The notes under the pieces are model-generated. The model was not told the DNA's origin, did no database searches, and saw only the letters and a list, made by a program, of their open reading frames with translations. DNA of 46,582 nt from Deltaproteobacteria bacterium TL4 (lineage in GTDB: Bacteria > SAR324 > NAC60-12), in assembly GCA_051382335.1 (NCBI GenBank), contig JBBCAX010000135.1, positions 1 to 46,582 of the forward strand, written 5' to 3'. Position numbers and translations under genes: made by a program. Below, piece after piece: positions 33,336-42,429 of this stretch (position 1 is its first letter; every line of letters starts with the position of its first letter).

Positions 33336-34747
33336 ATGGTTACAAAATGAAATTCATCAGTCAGTTTTTAAACGACAAAAATTCACAGTCCAATGTGATC
33401 ACAGATGGTGAGCGTCAATGCGCTTATCAGGATATGCCCGGCATCTTTAACAAAATTCAAAACTTTTTAAACGAAAGAACTATTAGCACTAAGGATTGTC
33501 TCGTTTTTGAATGTGAAAATTCTGTACCTGACGCGTTAGTCCTCTTGTTCCTGCTGGAGAACGGCTACAGTTTTCTGTTACTCTCCAAAGCTTCCAAAGA
33601 ACCATTGATCCCAAAATTCTGCCAATATCGGATTAGAACGGAGCAGGTTAATGATCATGCGGATACTTTTAAGCCTGAGCGCTTTTTGCGCGTTTTTAAA
33701 AATGATGACAACAGCGGGCCAGCTCATGCGGGAGCAAAGCTATATCTGCGGACTTCAGGGAGTACGGGTTCACCTAAAATGGCGGTACATGCCCACACCA
33801 GGTTGCAAGAAAACGTACTCAATTGTGTACGCAGATTGGGGCTTGACAGTGATGATCGAATCGCGATCCCGGTGCCACTTTTTCACATGTATGGTTTGGG
33901 GGCCGCTTTTTTGCCAGCAGTAGCCGTTAACGCGTCCATTGACTTACAAAAAGGGGCGAATATTCTTCGCTATCTGCAACGGGAAAAAGAATTTAATCCC
34001 AATGTTGTTTTCATGACTCCCATTTTTTGCGAAACTTTAGTGAAAGGACGCAAAGCTCCACGAGCCTACAAACTAACCGTAACCGCGGGGGACCGGTTTA
34101 GAGCAAATACCTTTAGCCAATATGAAGCCCTTTGCGGCTGTTTGGTCCAATTGTATGGTAGTACCGAAATGGGGGCAATCGCGGCAGCCAGCTCGGATAC
34201 CCCCTTCGAAATTCGAGCGCAAACAGCAGGCAAAGCAATGCAAAATGTACAAATGCGTATGGAAAAAGTAGACACGTCCAAAGATATTGGTGAACTTTGG
34301 TGTCAGCATCAATCCGGCTTTGAAGGCTACGTCGATGAAAAGGGAACACCCATTCACTTAGGACAAGATTTTCAGGAAGGTTGGTTCCGTACTAAGGATT
34401 TTGGTCGAATTTGGCCGGAACAGCATATAGAAGTTTTGGGGCGATGTGATCATAGTGTTAACCGGGATGGGTTGCTAGTTTTTTTTGCTGATGTGGAAAA
34501 AGCTCTTGAAACCCTTGCAGGAATAGATTCCGCAGTAGTGGTTTCCAAAGGAGAAAGTCAACGGGGGAAAAATCTTGTCGTCTATTGTGTTACCACCAAA
34601 GGCCGTGAGGTGACTGAAAAAGATATCCGAACCGCATGTTTTGATCTTTTGTCAAGGAATGCCATTCCCGATCAAATCATGCTGGTAGAATCCTTACCGC
34701 TGCTGGCAAATGGGAAGGTGGATAGGCAAAAGCTTATTAATTCTTGA
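33332..34747 (+). CDS. AMP-dependent acyl/aryl-CoA or -ACP ligase (adenylation enzyme); start may be 33347
   Basis: TSGSTGSPK, PLFHMYG, YGSTEMG, WFRTKDFG, PLLANGKVDR. Confidence 0.88.
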   Translation: MNGYKMKFISQFLNDKNSQSNVITDGERQCAYQDMPGIFNKIQNFLNERTISTKDCLVFECENSVPDALVLLFLLENGYSFLLLSKASKEPLIPKFCQYRIRTEQVNDHADTFKPERFLRVFKNDDNSGPAHAGAKLYLRTSGSTGSPKMAVHAHTRLQENVLNCVRRLGLDSDDRIAIPVPLFHMYGLGAAFLPAVAVNASIDLQKGANILRYLQREKEFNPNVVFMTPIFCETLVKGRKAPRAYKLTVTAGDRFRANTFSQYEALCGCLVQLYGSTEMGAIAAASSDTPFEIRAQTAGKAMQNVQMRMEKVDTSKDIGELWCQHQSGFEGYVDEKGTPIHLGQDFQEGWFRTKDFGRIWPEQHIEVLGRCDHSVNRDGLLVFFADVEKALETLAGIDSAVVVSKGESQRGKNLVVYCVTTKGREVTEKDIRTACFDLLSRNAIPDQIMLVESLPLLANGKVDRQKLINS

Positions 34748-34831
34748 ATTAACTATTTTTTAGAATTTGAAAATCATGGAGGGTTCCTTTTTGACTATTG
34801 ATCCTGAAGACGTCCCACCGATAGGAATGTT

Positions 34832-36931
34832 TTAAAGCTTGGCCACTCTATTTTCTATGGCTTCCACATCAGCTAAAATCATGGATATTTCCCGTTCATG
34901 CTTCCGCCATTTGTCAGGCGAAGGTGTTGACAGAGTCATTGGGGAAACAGGTAGCGATTGGGAGACCACCTTTTCAATCCGTTGATCCCAAGGAAACTGT
35001 GCAAACTGACTAATTTCACGAAGGGTTTCCTTGGGGTTTTGAATTAAATCAGCATAACGTATCAGGCGCCAGGAGGCTTTAGGCAGCGCATGGAGATCCT
35101 CTAAAATATAAGAATTAGCGGCATTCCATTGATACGCCGCGATTTCCACGAGTGAACGGTTTTGCAGGGATGACCATCCTGGTGGTAAAAGAAAGCTCCA
35201 TTCCTTATAAGGCCACCCCGGTAAATTTTGATAAGCAATAAAACGTCGTGACCGCCAGCATTCCACCATGCTGCTGATATTTTCCCTGGGATCCCGATAA
35301 AGATAGATAAAGAGGGCCTCCGGAAATACGGTTTTCAGAAAAGGAATACGCAACGCGTTTTTAGGGGTTTTTTCCAAAAACCGGATCTGGTGAGGTCGTT
35401 GTTTGATGGGAAGATCCAGATATGCGTAACCATCTCGATCCTGTAATTCCTGGACAAATCGCTTCTGAAGAGCCTTGGAAATATGAAGAGGCGCGTCCAC
35501 TTCACTCAGACGATTTGAACTAAAATCGTGAGCTGAAGGATGAAGGGATGCAAGGCCTTCCATAAGTTCGTGACTTTCCTCGCCTATCGTCCATAAATTC
35601 GGAAAATGAGATAAGGTATTAAATAAAAGAGTACTCCCGGCTCTGGGCGGGGATACAATAAATAGTGGCCGATCAAAGTGAGGCTCGTGAAAATTTTCCG
35701 TTAGAAGTCCCAAGGTCATTAACGTTTGGGTTACCTCCGTTAATTCGCTTTGGGTAATTTCTGATTTTGAAGCATAGCGAGGCCATATTTCAGCCAGGGT
35801 CGAGGATGAACGAAATGATTCTAAAAGGGGAATCCATTTAGATTGCTCTTGTAAACGCTGAAACCCTGCTTGCTTTTCTGCATGATTTACCAGTTGATAA
35901 TGAGCATCCCAATGAACTTTTTGTTTGGCTTTTAACCTTTTTTTTGTGAGTAACTGCCTGCTAAGCCGTTTCGGTTCCGGTGGAGACATTGATAACATTG
36001 AACTGATCACCTTCATGGCATATCGGCCCTTTCCTTCGGGAGAGAGCCTTTTTTTCACTTTGGGAACAATTTGCTCATTAAAGTCCAGAATGAGATCTTG
36101 GTAAGCTAATTCTCCGGAAGGATGATGTCCAAATTGGGAAAACGCTTTTTTCCACCGACCTCTAAAGTCTTCAATCGTCCGAACCAGGCTTAAAAACTCA
36201 GGTTGAGGCCTTTGAGATTTTTCTGCTTCGGAAAGAATATTAGCCGTCAAGTCCCTGATCTCTTGAGGGGTTAAGACTTCAAAGCAATAAGGCTCAAAAA
36301 CAAGGGGACTCCGATTATTGGGAGCAAAAGGAAACTCTTGAACCTGGAGATTATGTGGACAGTCCGCAGAGGCGTAAGGTTGTTCGGTTTGAAGCCACAT
36401 TTTTTCAAAAGCCGATGATCCTTTTATTTCAATAATAAGATGAATACAGTCCTCGTCGGACCCATTTATCATCCAGTGCTTCAGGGTCTGATCAAAAGTC
36501 CAGGTATCCCCAGAGACCATGTGGATGCTTTTATCATTACAAAATAATTTGACTGCGGGATTCGTCACAATCGGAACATAGAGAGACACCCGTCGAAACC
36601 AATGGTAATTGTGATCTATTTGGACGGGGCTCTCCTTCCCTGCCTTAAGTCGGGTGATACGGCAACGAGAAACAGGGCTATTGAAGGTGCTTAATACCTG
36701 CGAAAAGTAAGGACAATGTCCGAGAAGGTCTGTCGGCTTGGTTTGACCCGAAAGAGCAAAATCATGATTGAGGAGTCCCCCAACGGATACCATTATGAGG
36801 GAGGTGTCACCGGCAGTTGAGGGAAAATGGGAACTCCAGTGAGTCTCGCTAATTTGGGATAACTCTTGCTTTAGTTGTGCCGAATCAAAGCGAAAGGGAA
36901 GATGATAAAATTCCGTATTTAGTTTCATCAT
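34832..36931 (-). CDS. Aspartyl/asparaginyl beta-hydroxylase-like (Fe/2OG) domain fused to a sulfotransferase domain
   Basis: N-terminal RCRITRL..VPIVTNP..WTFD..H..CIHLIIE; C-terminal FIVSPPRAGSTLLF, LEKTPKN, YRDPRENISS. Confidence 0.8.
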   Translation of the reverse strand: MMKLNTEFYHLPFRFDSAQLKQELSQISETHWSSHFPSTAGDTSLIMVSVGGLLNHDFALSGQTKPTDLLGHCPYFSQVLSTFNSPVSRCRITRLKAGKESPVQIDHNYHWFRRVSLYVPIVTNPAVKLFCNDKSIHMVSGDTWTFDQTLKHWMINGSDEDCIHLIIEIKGSSAFEKMWLQTEQPYASADCPHNLQVQEFPFAPNNRSPLVFEPYCFEVLTPQEIRDLTANILSEAEKSQRPQPEFLSLVRTIEDFRGRWKKAFSQFGHHPSGELAYQDLILDFNEQIVPKVKKRLSPEGKGRYAMKVISSMLSMSPPEPKRLSRQLLTKKRLKAKQKVHWDAHYQLVNHAEKQAGFQRLQEQSKWIPLLESFRSSSTLAEIWPRYASKSEITQSELTEVTQTLMTLGLLTENFHEPHFDRPLFIVSPPRAGSTLLFNTLSHFPNLWTIGEESHELMEGLASLHPSAHDFSSNRLSEVDAPLHISKALQKRFVQELQDRDGYAYLDLPIKQRPHQIRFLEKTPKNALRIPFLKTVFPEALFIYLYRDPRENISSMVECWRSRRFIAYQNLPGWPYKEWSFLLPPGWSSLQNRSLVEIAAYQWNAANSYILEDLHALPKASWRLIRYADLIQNPKETLREISQFAQFPWDQRIEKVVSQSLPVSPMTLSTPSPDKWRKHEREISMILADVEAIENRVAKL

Positions 36932-37167
36932 TCAATAGCCAAATCTTTAATGAACTTTTCTGGGTTAAACGTTAATTTATAATTTTAAAATGTATTGTAC
37001 ATGCGGTTTATCTTAGGTAAAAATCAAGCTGATTCCTCGAATCATCCATGGTTAAGGGGAATAAGTATAAAAGGACAGACACCGGTTTTGGTTTATTGCT
37101 GGAAGGGGATTTTGGAATCAGCGTTTATGTAGGGGGTGATTCAAAACTCGAGCTAATGAACGCAATG

Positions 37168-37980
37168 TTAACCGCGTTCTCTTGGGGTGATGGTTAATTT
37201 TTGCAGGCAAAGTTGATGTTGGGTATTAAACAAGGCCTTAAACGAAAGCAAGACGACCCCAACTACGCCAAGTGCCGAGGCCGAAGCAATCATAAAAACA
37301 ATCACAATCTGATAATAAACCGCATCTAAAGGATTTACGCCTGCCAAGATTTGTCCTGTCATCATACCGGGAAGACTCACGACGCCCATAACTACCATGG
37401 AATTGATGAGGGGGATCATCCCTGTTCGGGCTGCTTCTTTAATGCTATCATGCGCCGCCTCTCTCCTGGTGGCTCCGAGTGCCAAAAGCGCTTCAATTTG
37501 ATTTTGGCGACTCGCTAAATCTTCCATAAAACGATCCATTGCCAGGGAAATGCCGTTTAAGGTATTTCCTAATACCATCCCCAGCATGGGAATGATGTAT
37601 TGTGGGCTAAACCAGGGGTCAATTTGAAGGATGAATTGTGTTGAAATTCCTGTAATCAAAAAAGACCCGGCGAGGACACAGACCAAACTATGCCAATAAA
37701 TCGAACGGAAGCGTCTTCGAGTACGGTTGACCGCACTGACACTGGCAATACCTGCCATGAATAAGCAAAGCCCCAGAATCATCCAGATATTTTCAAGGGT
37801 AAAGACCCAGTGCAGTACATACCCCACCAAAAGGAGTTGGGAAACCATTCGAACAGAGGCAAAAAATAGTGTTTTTTCCAGTTTGAGCTTCAGCAAGAAC
37901 GAAATGGCGATATTGATCAAGATTAACAGAGCGGACGCTCCCAGTTGCCAGTTTGAAATGACGAGATAATTAATTTCCAT
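37168..37980 (-). CDS. FetB/YbbM-like ABC transporter permease
   Basis: RMVSQLLLVGYVL, PQYIIP..GMVLGN, LALGAT, GVVSLPGMMTGQILAG. Confidence 0.88.
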   Translation of the reverse strand: MEINYLVISNWQLGASALLILINIAISFLLKLKLEKTLFFASVRMVSQLLLVGYVLHWVFTLENIWMILGLCLFMAGIASVSAVNRTRRRFRSIYWHSLVCVLAGSFLITGISTQFILQIDPWFSPQYIIPMLGMVLGNTLNGISLAMDRFMEDLASRQNQIEALLALGATRREAAHDSIKEAARTGMIPLINSMVVMGVVSLPGMMTGQILAGVNPLDAVYYQIVIVFMIASASALGVVGVVLLSFKALFNTQHQLCLQKLTITPRERG

Positions 37981-38629
37981 ATTGACCTATCTCAAGGCGT
38001 TGTTCAGTCATTCGCTTCAGTTGTGAAGACTGATGGCTCGTCCATACATACGCACGGTTAGGAGCTTCAGAGAGCCAGCGTGTGACAAACAGTTCCAGGT
38101 GTTTTTCCGCTTTTTCATCCAGGGAGGCGGTAGGTTCGTCAAAAAGTAAGATTTGAGGATCTAACTGGAACGCTCGTAAAAACGCGACAATCTGTTTTTC
38201 TCCTCCTGAGAGTTGATGCTGAGCCCGGGTTAAAAAGTTTTCAGTTTTCCCGAAAAGCGTGAGATACTCCAGGATCTGTTCCCGATTGTACGATTTACGT
38301 TTATGAAGCCTAAATTGAAATACCCTTTTTAAGTTAGACTCAACACTTCCTTCCAGTAATCCTGGTTGTTGGGAGAGATAGATCACTTTTGATCGATATT
38401 GAGGCATATTCCATTTTTCAAGGGGTTTTCCACGAAAAAGAATCTGTCCTTCCTGCGTTTCATCCAGGCCTGCCAGCGCTCTTAACAGCAAGCTTTTGCC
38501 ACTTCCCGAAGGACCCGAGATCGCCAGTTTGTCGCCGCTATGAATTTCAAAATTGAGGGCTTTCCAAATCCAGTGCGAAGGGAGCTGTTTCCCAAGATTG
38601 ACGACTTCCAAGAGGGTTCTTTTATTCAT
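37970..38629 (-). CDS. FetA/YbbL-like ABC ATP-binding protein
   Basis: GPSGSGKS, LSGGEKQ, LLFDEPTASLD. Confidence 0.88.
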   Translation of the reverse strand: MNKRTLLEVVNLGKQLPSHWIWKALNFEIHSGDKLAISGPSGSGKSLLLRALAGLDETQEGQILFRGKPLEKWNMPQYRSKVIYLSQQPGLLEGSVESNLKRVFQFRLHKRKSYNREQILEYLTLFGKTENFLTRAQHQLSGGEKQIVAFLRAFQLDPQILLFDEPTASLDEKAEKHLELFVTRWLSEAPNRAYVWTSHQSSQLKRMTEQRLEIGQYGN

Positions 38630-38744
38630 GGCATTCAGGATCGCATAATTTTTGTTGGTAGCAGAAAACAAGATAATCGATTGGGCGGGACGTTATTAAA
38701 TTCTGTACGTTGAGCGGGACGGGGCCAGCCCCCCTCCATGAGGT

Positions 38745-39656
38745 TCATACTAACACGCTTCTTTGAAGCAGGTCGTCCATCACTAAAATCAATTCATCGA
38801 CACCTGGTTTGGATGTTTGAGCATCCGCGCCGACTTCTTGACACTTGTGGATCGTGCTTTCGTTGATCAATGAGGAAAACATCACGACAGGGAGTTTTTG
38901 ATAGACCGGATGATTTTTTATTAACTTAACCAGATGGAGTCCATCCATTTGAGGCATTTCAATATCTGTGACCAATAAATTAATTTCATCATAAAGAGTC
39001 TCCGCCGTTAATTGATTTAGCGCGTCCCAAGCCTCAGCACCGTTATTAAACCAACGTTGTTTTAAGAAGCCTGCGGATTCCAGACCGGCAGAGACCACTT
39101 TTTGAATAATTTTTGAATCTTCAGCAAACCATAGCCATTTCTCAGCCCGTTTCACTTCCGTATTAGGCGCCAGTTCAACAATTTGATCCGCATGTTCAAA
39201 TGAGGGCGTGATTTCTTCCATGATTTTTTCAAAATCAATCAGTTGAATCAAATCTTTCTCTCGTCCAGGCTCCATAATGACGCCTATAACTTGCTGATTA
39301 TTAAAGGTGCAAGGTGGGGGAATGATATTGCTCCAGGACAAGCGGATGATCTTGACAACTTTTTCCACAAGAAAACCAACAACGCGTCTGTTAAAATGCA
39401 TGACAATCACTTGCCCTTTAGACTGATCCATCGGAGGCGCTTCCATGACTTTAGGCAAATCAATGATGGGCATTACTTTTCCGCGAAGATTAAAAAACCC
39501 TAAAATAATCGGGGAGGTTTGCGGGATTTTACGGTACTTCGGAAGGGTCCTCACTTCCTCAACCTTGGTTACGTTAACACCGTATCTCACACCATGAATG
39601 TAGAACTCAACAATTTCCAGCTCATTGGTCCCGGATTCTAGCAGGATGTTGCCCAT
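38745..39656 (-). CDS. cheV: Chemotaxis protein CheV (CheW + REC)
   Basis: ILLESGTNELEIVEF..YGVNVTKV..NLRG; AEDS..LVTDIEMPQMDG..FSSL. Confidence 0.9.
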   Translation of the reverse strand: MGNILLESGTNELEIVEFYIHGVRYGVNVTKVEEVRTLPKYRKIPQTSPIILGFFNLRGKVMPIIDLPKVMEAPPMDQSKGQVIVMHFNRRVVGFLVEKVVKIIRLSWSNIIPPPCTFNNQQVIGVIMEPGREKDLIQLIDFEKIMEEITPSFEHADQIVELAPNTEVKRAEKWLWFAEDSKIIQKVVSAGLESAGFLKQRWFNNGAEAWDALNQLTAETLYDEINLLVTDIEMPQMDGLHLVKLIKNHPVYQKLPVVMFSSLINESTIHKCQEVGADAQTSKPGVDELILVMDDLLQRSVLV

Positions 39657-39953
39657 GATTCCTTTAGATAATTGTACAATAATAAGATTGGAACTCGGAA
39701 GTGTTAGCGAAACACCACCTGTCAAAACACCTCTTTATGGTATCCTCTTCAAATTTACTGGTAAACTTCCAAAAATTTTCGTCCCAAATGGTAGGGAGAG
39801 CGTCCCGCTCTCCAACAAGGGCGAGACGCCCTTGCTACTACCAGGAAATATAGAGAGGATACTCTTTATGCGTCTACCAAAAGCTATAGCAAATTTTATC
39901 CCAAGTAGAAAAGACATTTTCAAAACATTACTAGCAAGTTATGGACAACCTGT

Positions 39954-41051
39954 TCAAACCAACGCAAAAAAGAGCGAAATCACCACACAAAGGATCCCCA
40001 ATAGCAGAATCCATCGATGGTATCTTTTAAATGTTTGACTTGGCGGTAAAAGGTGCTCTAGCTCCCAACCTTGCGCTCCTTGACTCCAGGCAATCGTTTT
40101 TTGTGCCAGCAATTCAATATAATATTCGTGAGACTCTATTGCGGAAACGCGATAGGGCTGCAAGCCGACACTCCGCGAAAGTTCAAAGTAGGTAGTATCA
40201 ATTTCATATTGTGTTTCCAAATGATCATTGACGAAACTCAACCCAACAAACAGGAGCGAACGAATTCCCTGTTCAGGAAGTTCCGAAATGAGTTCATTCG
40301 TATAGGGCTTCAACCATTCCGCAGGGCCAACCTTACTTTGAAAAGAAAGTTTTATTTTCCATTGCGGAAACTGTTGGCGGAGCTCTTCGGTAGTCAGCAG
40401 CAATTCTGTAAGGTAAGGATCCCCCTGTTGGATATAGCTCTTTGGAACACCATGGGCCGAACACAAAATCAGTGTTTCCTCCGGTCGTAGTTTGTGTGTC
40501 TGAAGCGACCGGTTGATTTGATCACTCAAGGCTGAGATATAAAGCGGATGATTGGGATAAGAACGTAACGCGTGAATAGAACCTTCATAGCTCAGGCTTT
40601 GAAGGGTTGAGACTATTTGCTCCACGGAAGAACCTGTGGTTGTCCAGGAAAAATGGGGATACAGCGGAATAAGATACAGGGCGTCATGTCCCTCTTTCAA
40701 CAGGAGTTGTGCCACTTGTTCCGCCTGTCCTCTGAGGTAGCGGTGTATGACATAGAGGGGCAAGTTGACACCCTTTCGACGCAGTGTCTTCTCCAGTTGT
40801 AAACGCTGCAACTCTGTTGACTCAACAATCGGGGATTTGCCTCCAATCGCTGCATATTGTTTTTGAACTTCTGGCGCTCGCTTCGTCGCAAGCTTGCGGG
40901 CAAGCAGATTCTGGAAGGCCTGAGGAAAAGGAAGTTGAATCACATGCGGGTCTCGAAGAATTTCAAACAAAAAAGAGGAAACTTCGTTCAACGAGCGGGG
41001 ACCACCAAAATTTAACAAGATGACGGCTTTTGATTTAGGAGATAGTGACAT
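39954..41051 (-). CDS. hemH: Ferrochelatase with C-terminal transmembrane helix
   Basis: LLNFGGP, YAAIGGKSP, PLYPHFS..TTGS, SAHGVP, GDPY, FQSKVGP..WLKP, FVNDHLET. Confidence 0.9.
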   Translation of the reverse strand: MSLSPKSKAVILLNFGGPRSLNEVSSFLFEILRDPHVIQLPFPQAFQNLLARKLATKRAPEVQKQYAAIGGKSPIVESTELQRLQLEKTLRRKGVNLPLYVIHRYLRGQAEQVAQLLLKEGHDALYLIPLYPHFSWTTTGSSVEQIVSTLQSLSYEGSIHALRSYPNHPLYISALSDQINRSLQTHKLRPEETLILCSAHGVPKSYIQQGDPYLTELLLTTEELRQQFPQWKIKLSFQSKVGPAEWLKPYTNELISELPEQGIRSLLFVGLSFVNDHLETQYEIDTTYFELSRSVGLQPYRVSAIESHEYYIELLAQKTIAWSQGAQGWELEHLLPPSQTFKRYHRWILLLGILCVVISLFFALV

Positions 41052-41343
41052 TTTAAGTTTTATTTTATTGGAAATAATAATGATAGTTTGTTATAAGTGA
41101 AGGACACTGCCAATGGCAACAAAACCGCTTTTTCTGACCACAGAAAAACATCCTATCTTCGCAGAAGTGACGGGGGCGTTGTGACCGGAAAAAGTGAGAT
41201 ATTCACCCGTTTATGTCTAGAAGCAAACGCTCATCCCTTTCAAGGTTCGATCATGATTGAAGGGAAATATCAAGTTGAGTGAAGAATATTAATGAAAATT
41301 GACGATAAACGTCCTCTAACCTTTTAATAACGACAGGAACTGA

Positions 41344-41736
41344 ATGGCAAAGTTGCTTTACGTTGATCATGATATGAAACGTGTGATTCAAGTCCAACAA
41401 AAATTAGCCGGATTCATCAATGTTGAAATTGCGTTGAATGGATGGGAAGGTTTAGCCGCCGCAATGCTCTATAGCCCTGATTTGGTGTTGGTCAATTTGA
41501 TGACAACGGTTATGGATGGCTTGGAAATGATCCGCTTGTTACGAACGGAACCTGACAAACAAAATCTGCCTGTTATTGGTTTCACCTATCCTCATCATCT
41601 GGAATTGGAAAAAATCGCAACTCAGAAGGGATGCTCCACCATTATAAAATTTCCTTTTAGTGAGGACCTGAAAAAAATAATAACTCAAAACTTGCCTCTT
41701 CCCCAAACAGAAAAAACGGTTCAGATTTCAAATTAG
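41344..41736 (+). CDS. Single-domain atypical receiver protein
   Basis: LLYVD..ALNGWEG..PDLVLVNL..MDGLE; Asn at the expected phospho-Asp position. Confidence 0.75.
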   Translation: MAKLLYVDHDMKRVIQVQQKLAGFINVEIALNGWEGLAAAMLYSPDLVLVNLMTTVMDGLEMIRLLRTEPDKQNLPVIGFTYPHHLELEKIATQKGCSTIIKFPFSEDLKKIITQNLPLPQTEKTVQISN

Positions 41737-41826
41737 CCGCTGTCGCTAAATCAGGTGTGAGGTGTTAACTCTAAAGCCGGAATTGAAAGTGATTGTCTGA
41801 ACCGCAGGACGTAAGGTTAGTTTCCG

Positions 41827-42408
41827 CTATGCGTCCGGGTAGTGATAATCCTGGTGATCAACTTCGATGCGTTTGATCAGGTTGGTGATATCTCTGGCCA
41901 AGGCAAGATGTTCTTCTTCAGAAATCGGAAACCTTGTTGCGAGCTCGTCCTTTATTTTTCCGCGCCACTGCTTTTGTTGCAGCTCCATCCTCCTGAACGC
42001 CTCATTGATTAACTTATCCACCAACTGACTGTTCCAGTTTAAGTAATTATCAACTCTTCCATAAACCTTTACATCAATTTGATGTTCAATGAAATCAATG
42101 CCTTTGAAGGGAAGATCCAAGGCAGGCTTCAGGGAAGCGAGTGATTTGGAAAAAGGAGCATGTTTGGTCAAACCATCAAAGGTTCGATCCGCCACCCCCT
42201 TCCAGTGCGTCAAGATCTCTTTACGCTGATGCCTGTGGTGGGACCGTTTTGCATCCAGTCGGTTAAAGCGCTGGTATTGCCATACAACCATCTGCCGGAT
42301 ATAGTCGGACGCTACCTGCAGTGCGTCGTTCTGCAGGCGGTAGACTTCATCCAGACTGGTTTCAACCTGGTATCGGATTTGTTGTTTGACGTGAGGTTCA
42401 TACGTCAT
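41827..42408 (-). CDS. Hypothetical protein
   Basis: 193-aa ORF with GGAG RBS, directly downstream of ileS. Confidence 0.7.
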   Translation of the reverse strand: MTYEPHVKQQIRYQVETSLDEVYRLQNDALQVASDYIRQMVVWQYQRFNRLDAKRSHHRHQRKEILTHWKGVADRTFDGLTKHAPFSKSLASLKPALDLPFKGIDFIEHQIDVKVYGRVDNYLNWNSQLVDKLINEAFRRMELQQKQWRGKIKDELATRFPISEEEHLALARDITNLIKRIEVDHQDYHYPDA

Positions 42409-42429
42409 TATACAAGCCCTCCAAACGGG

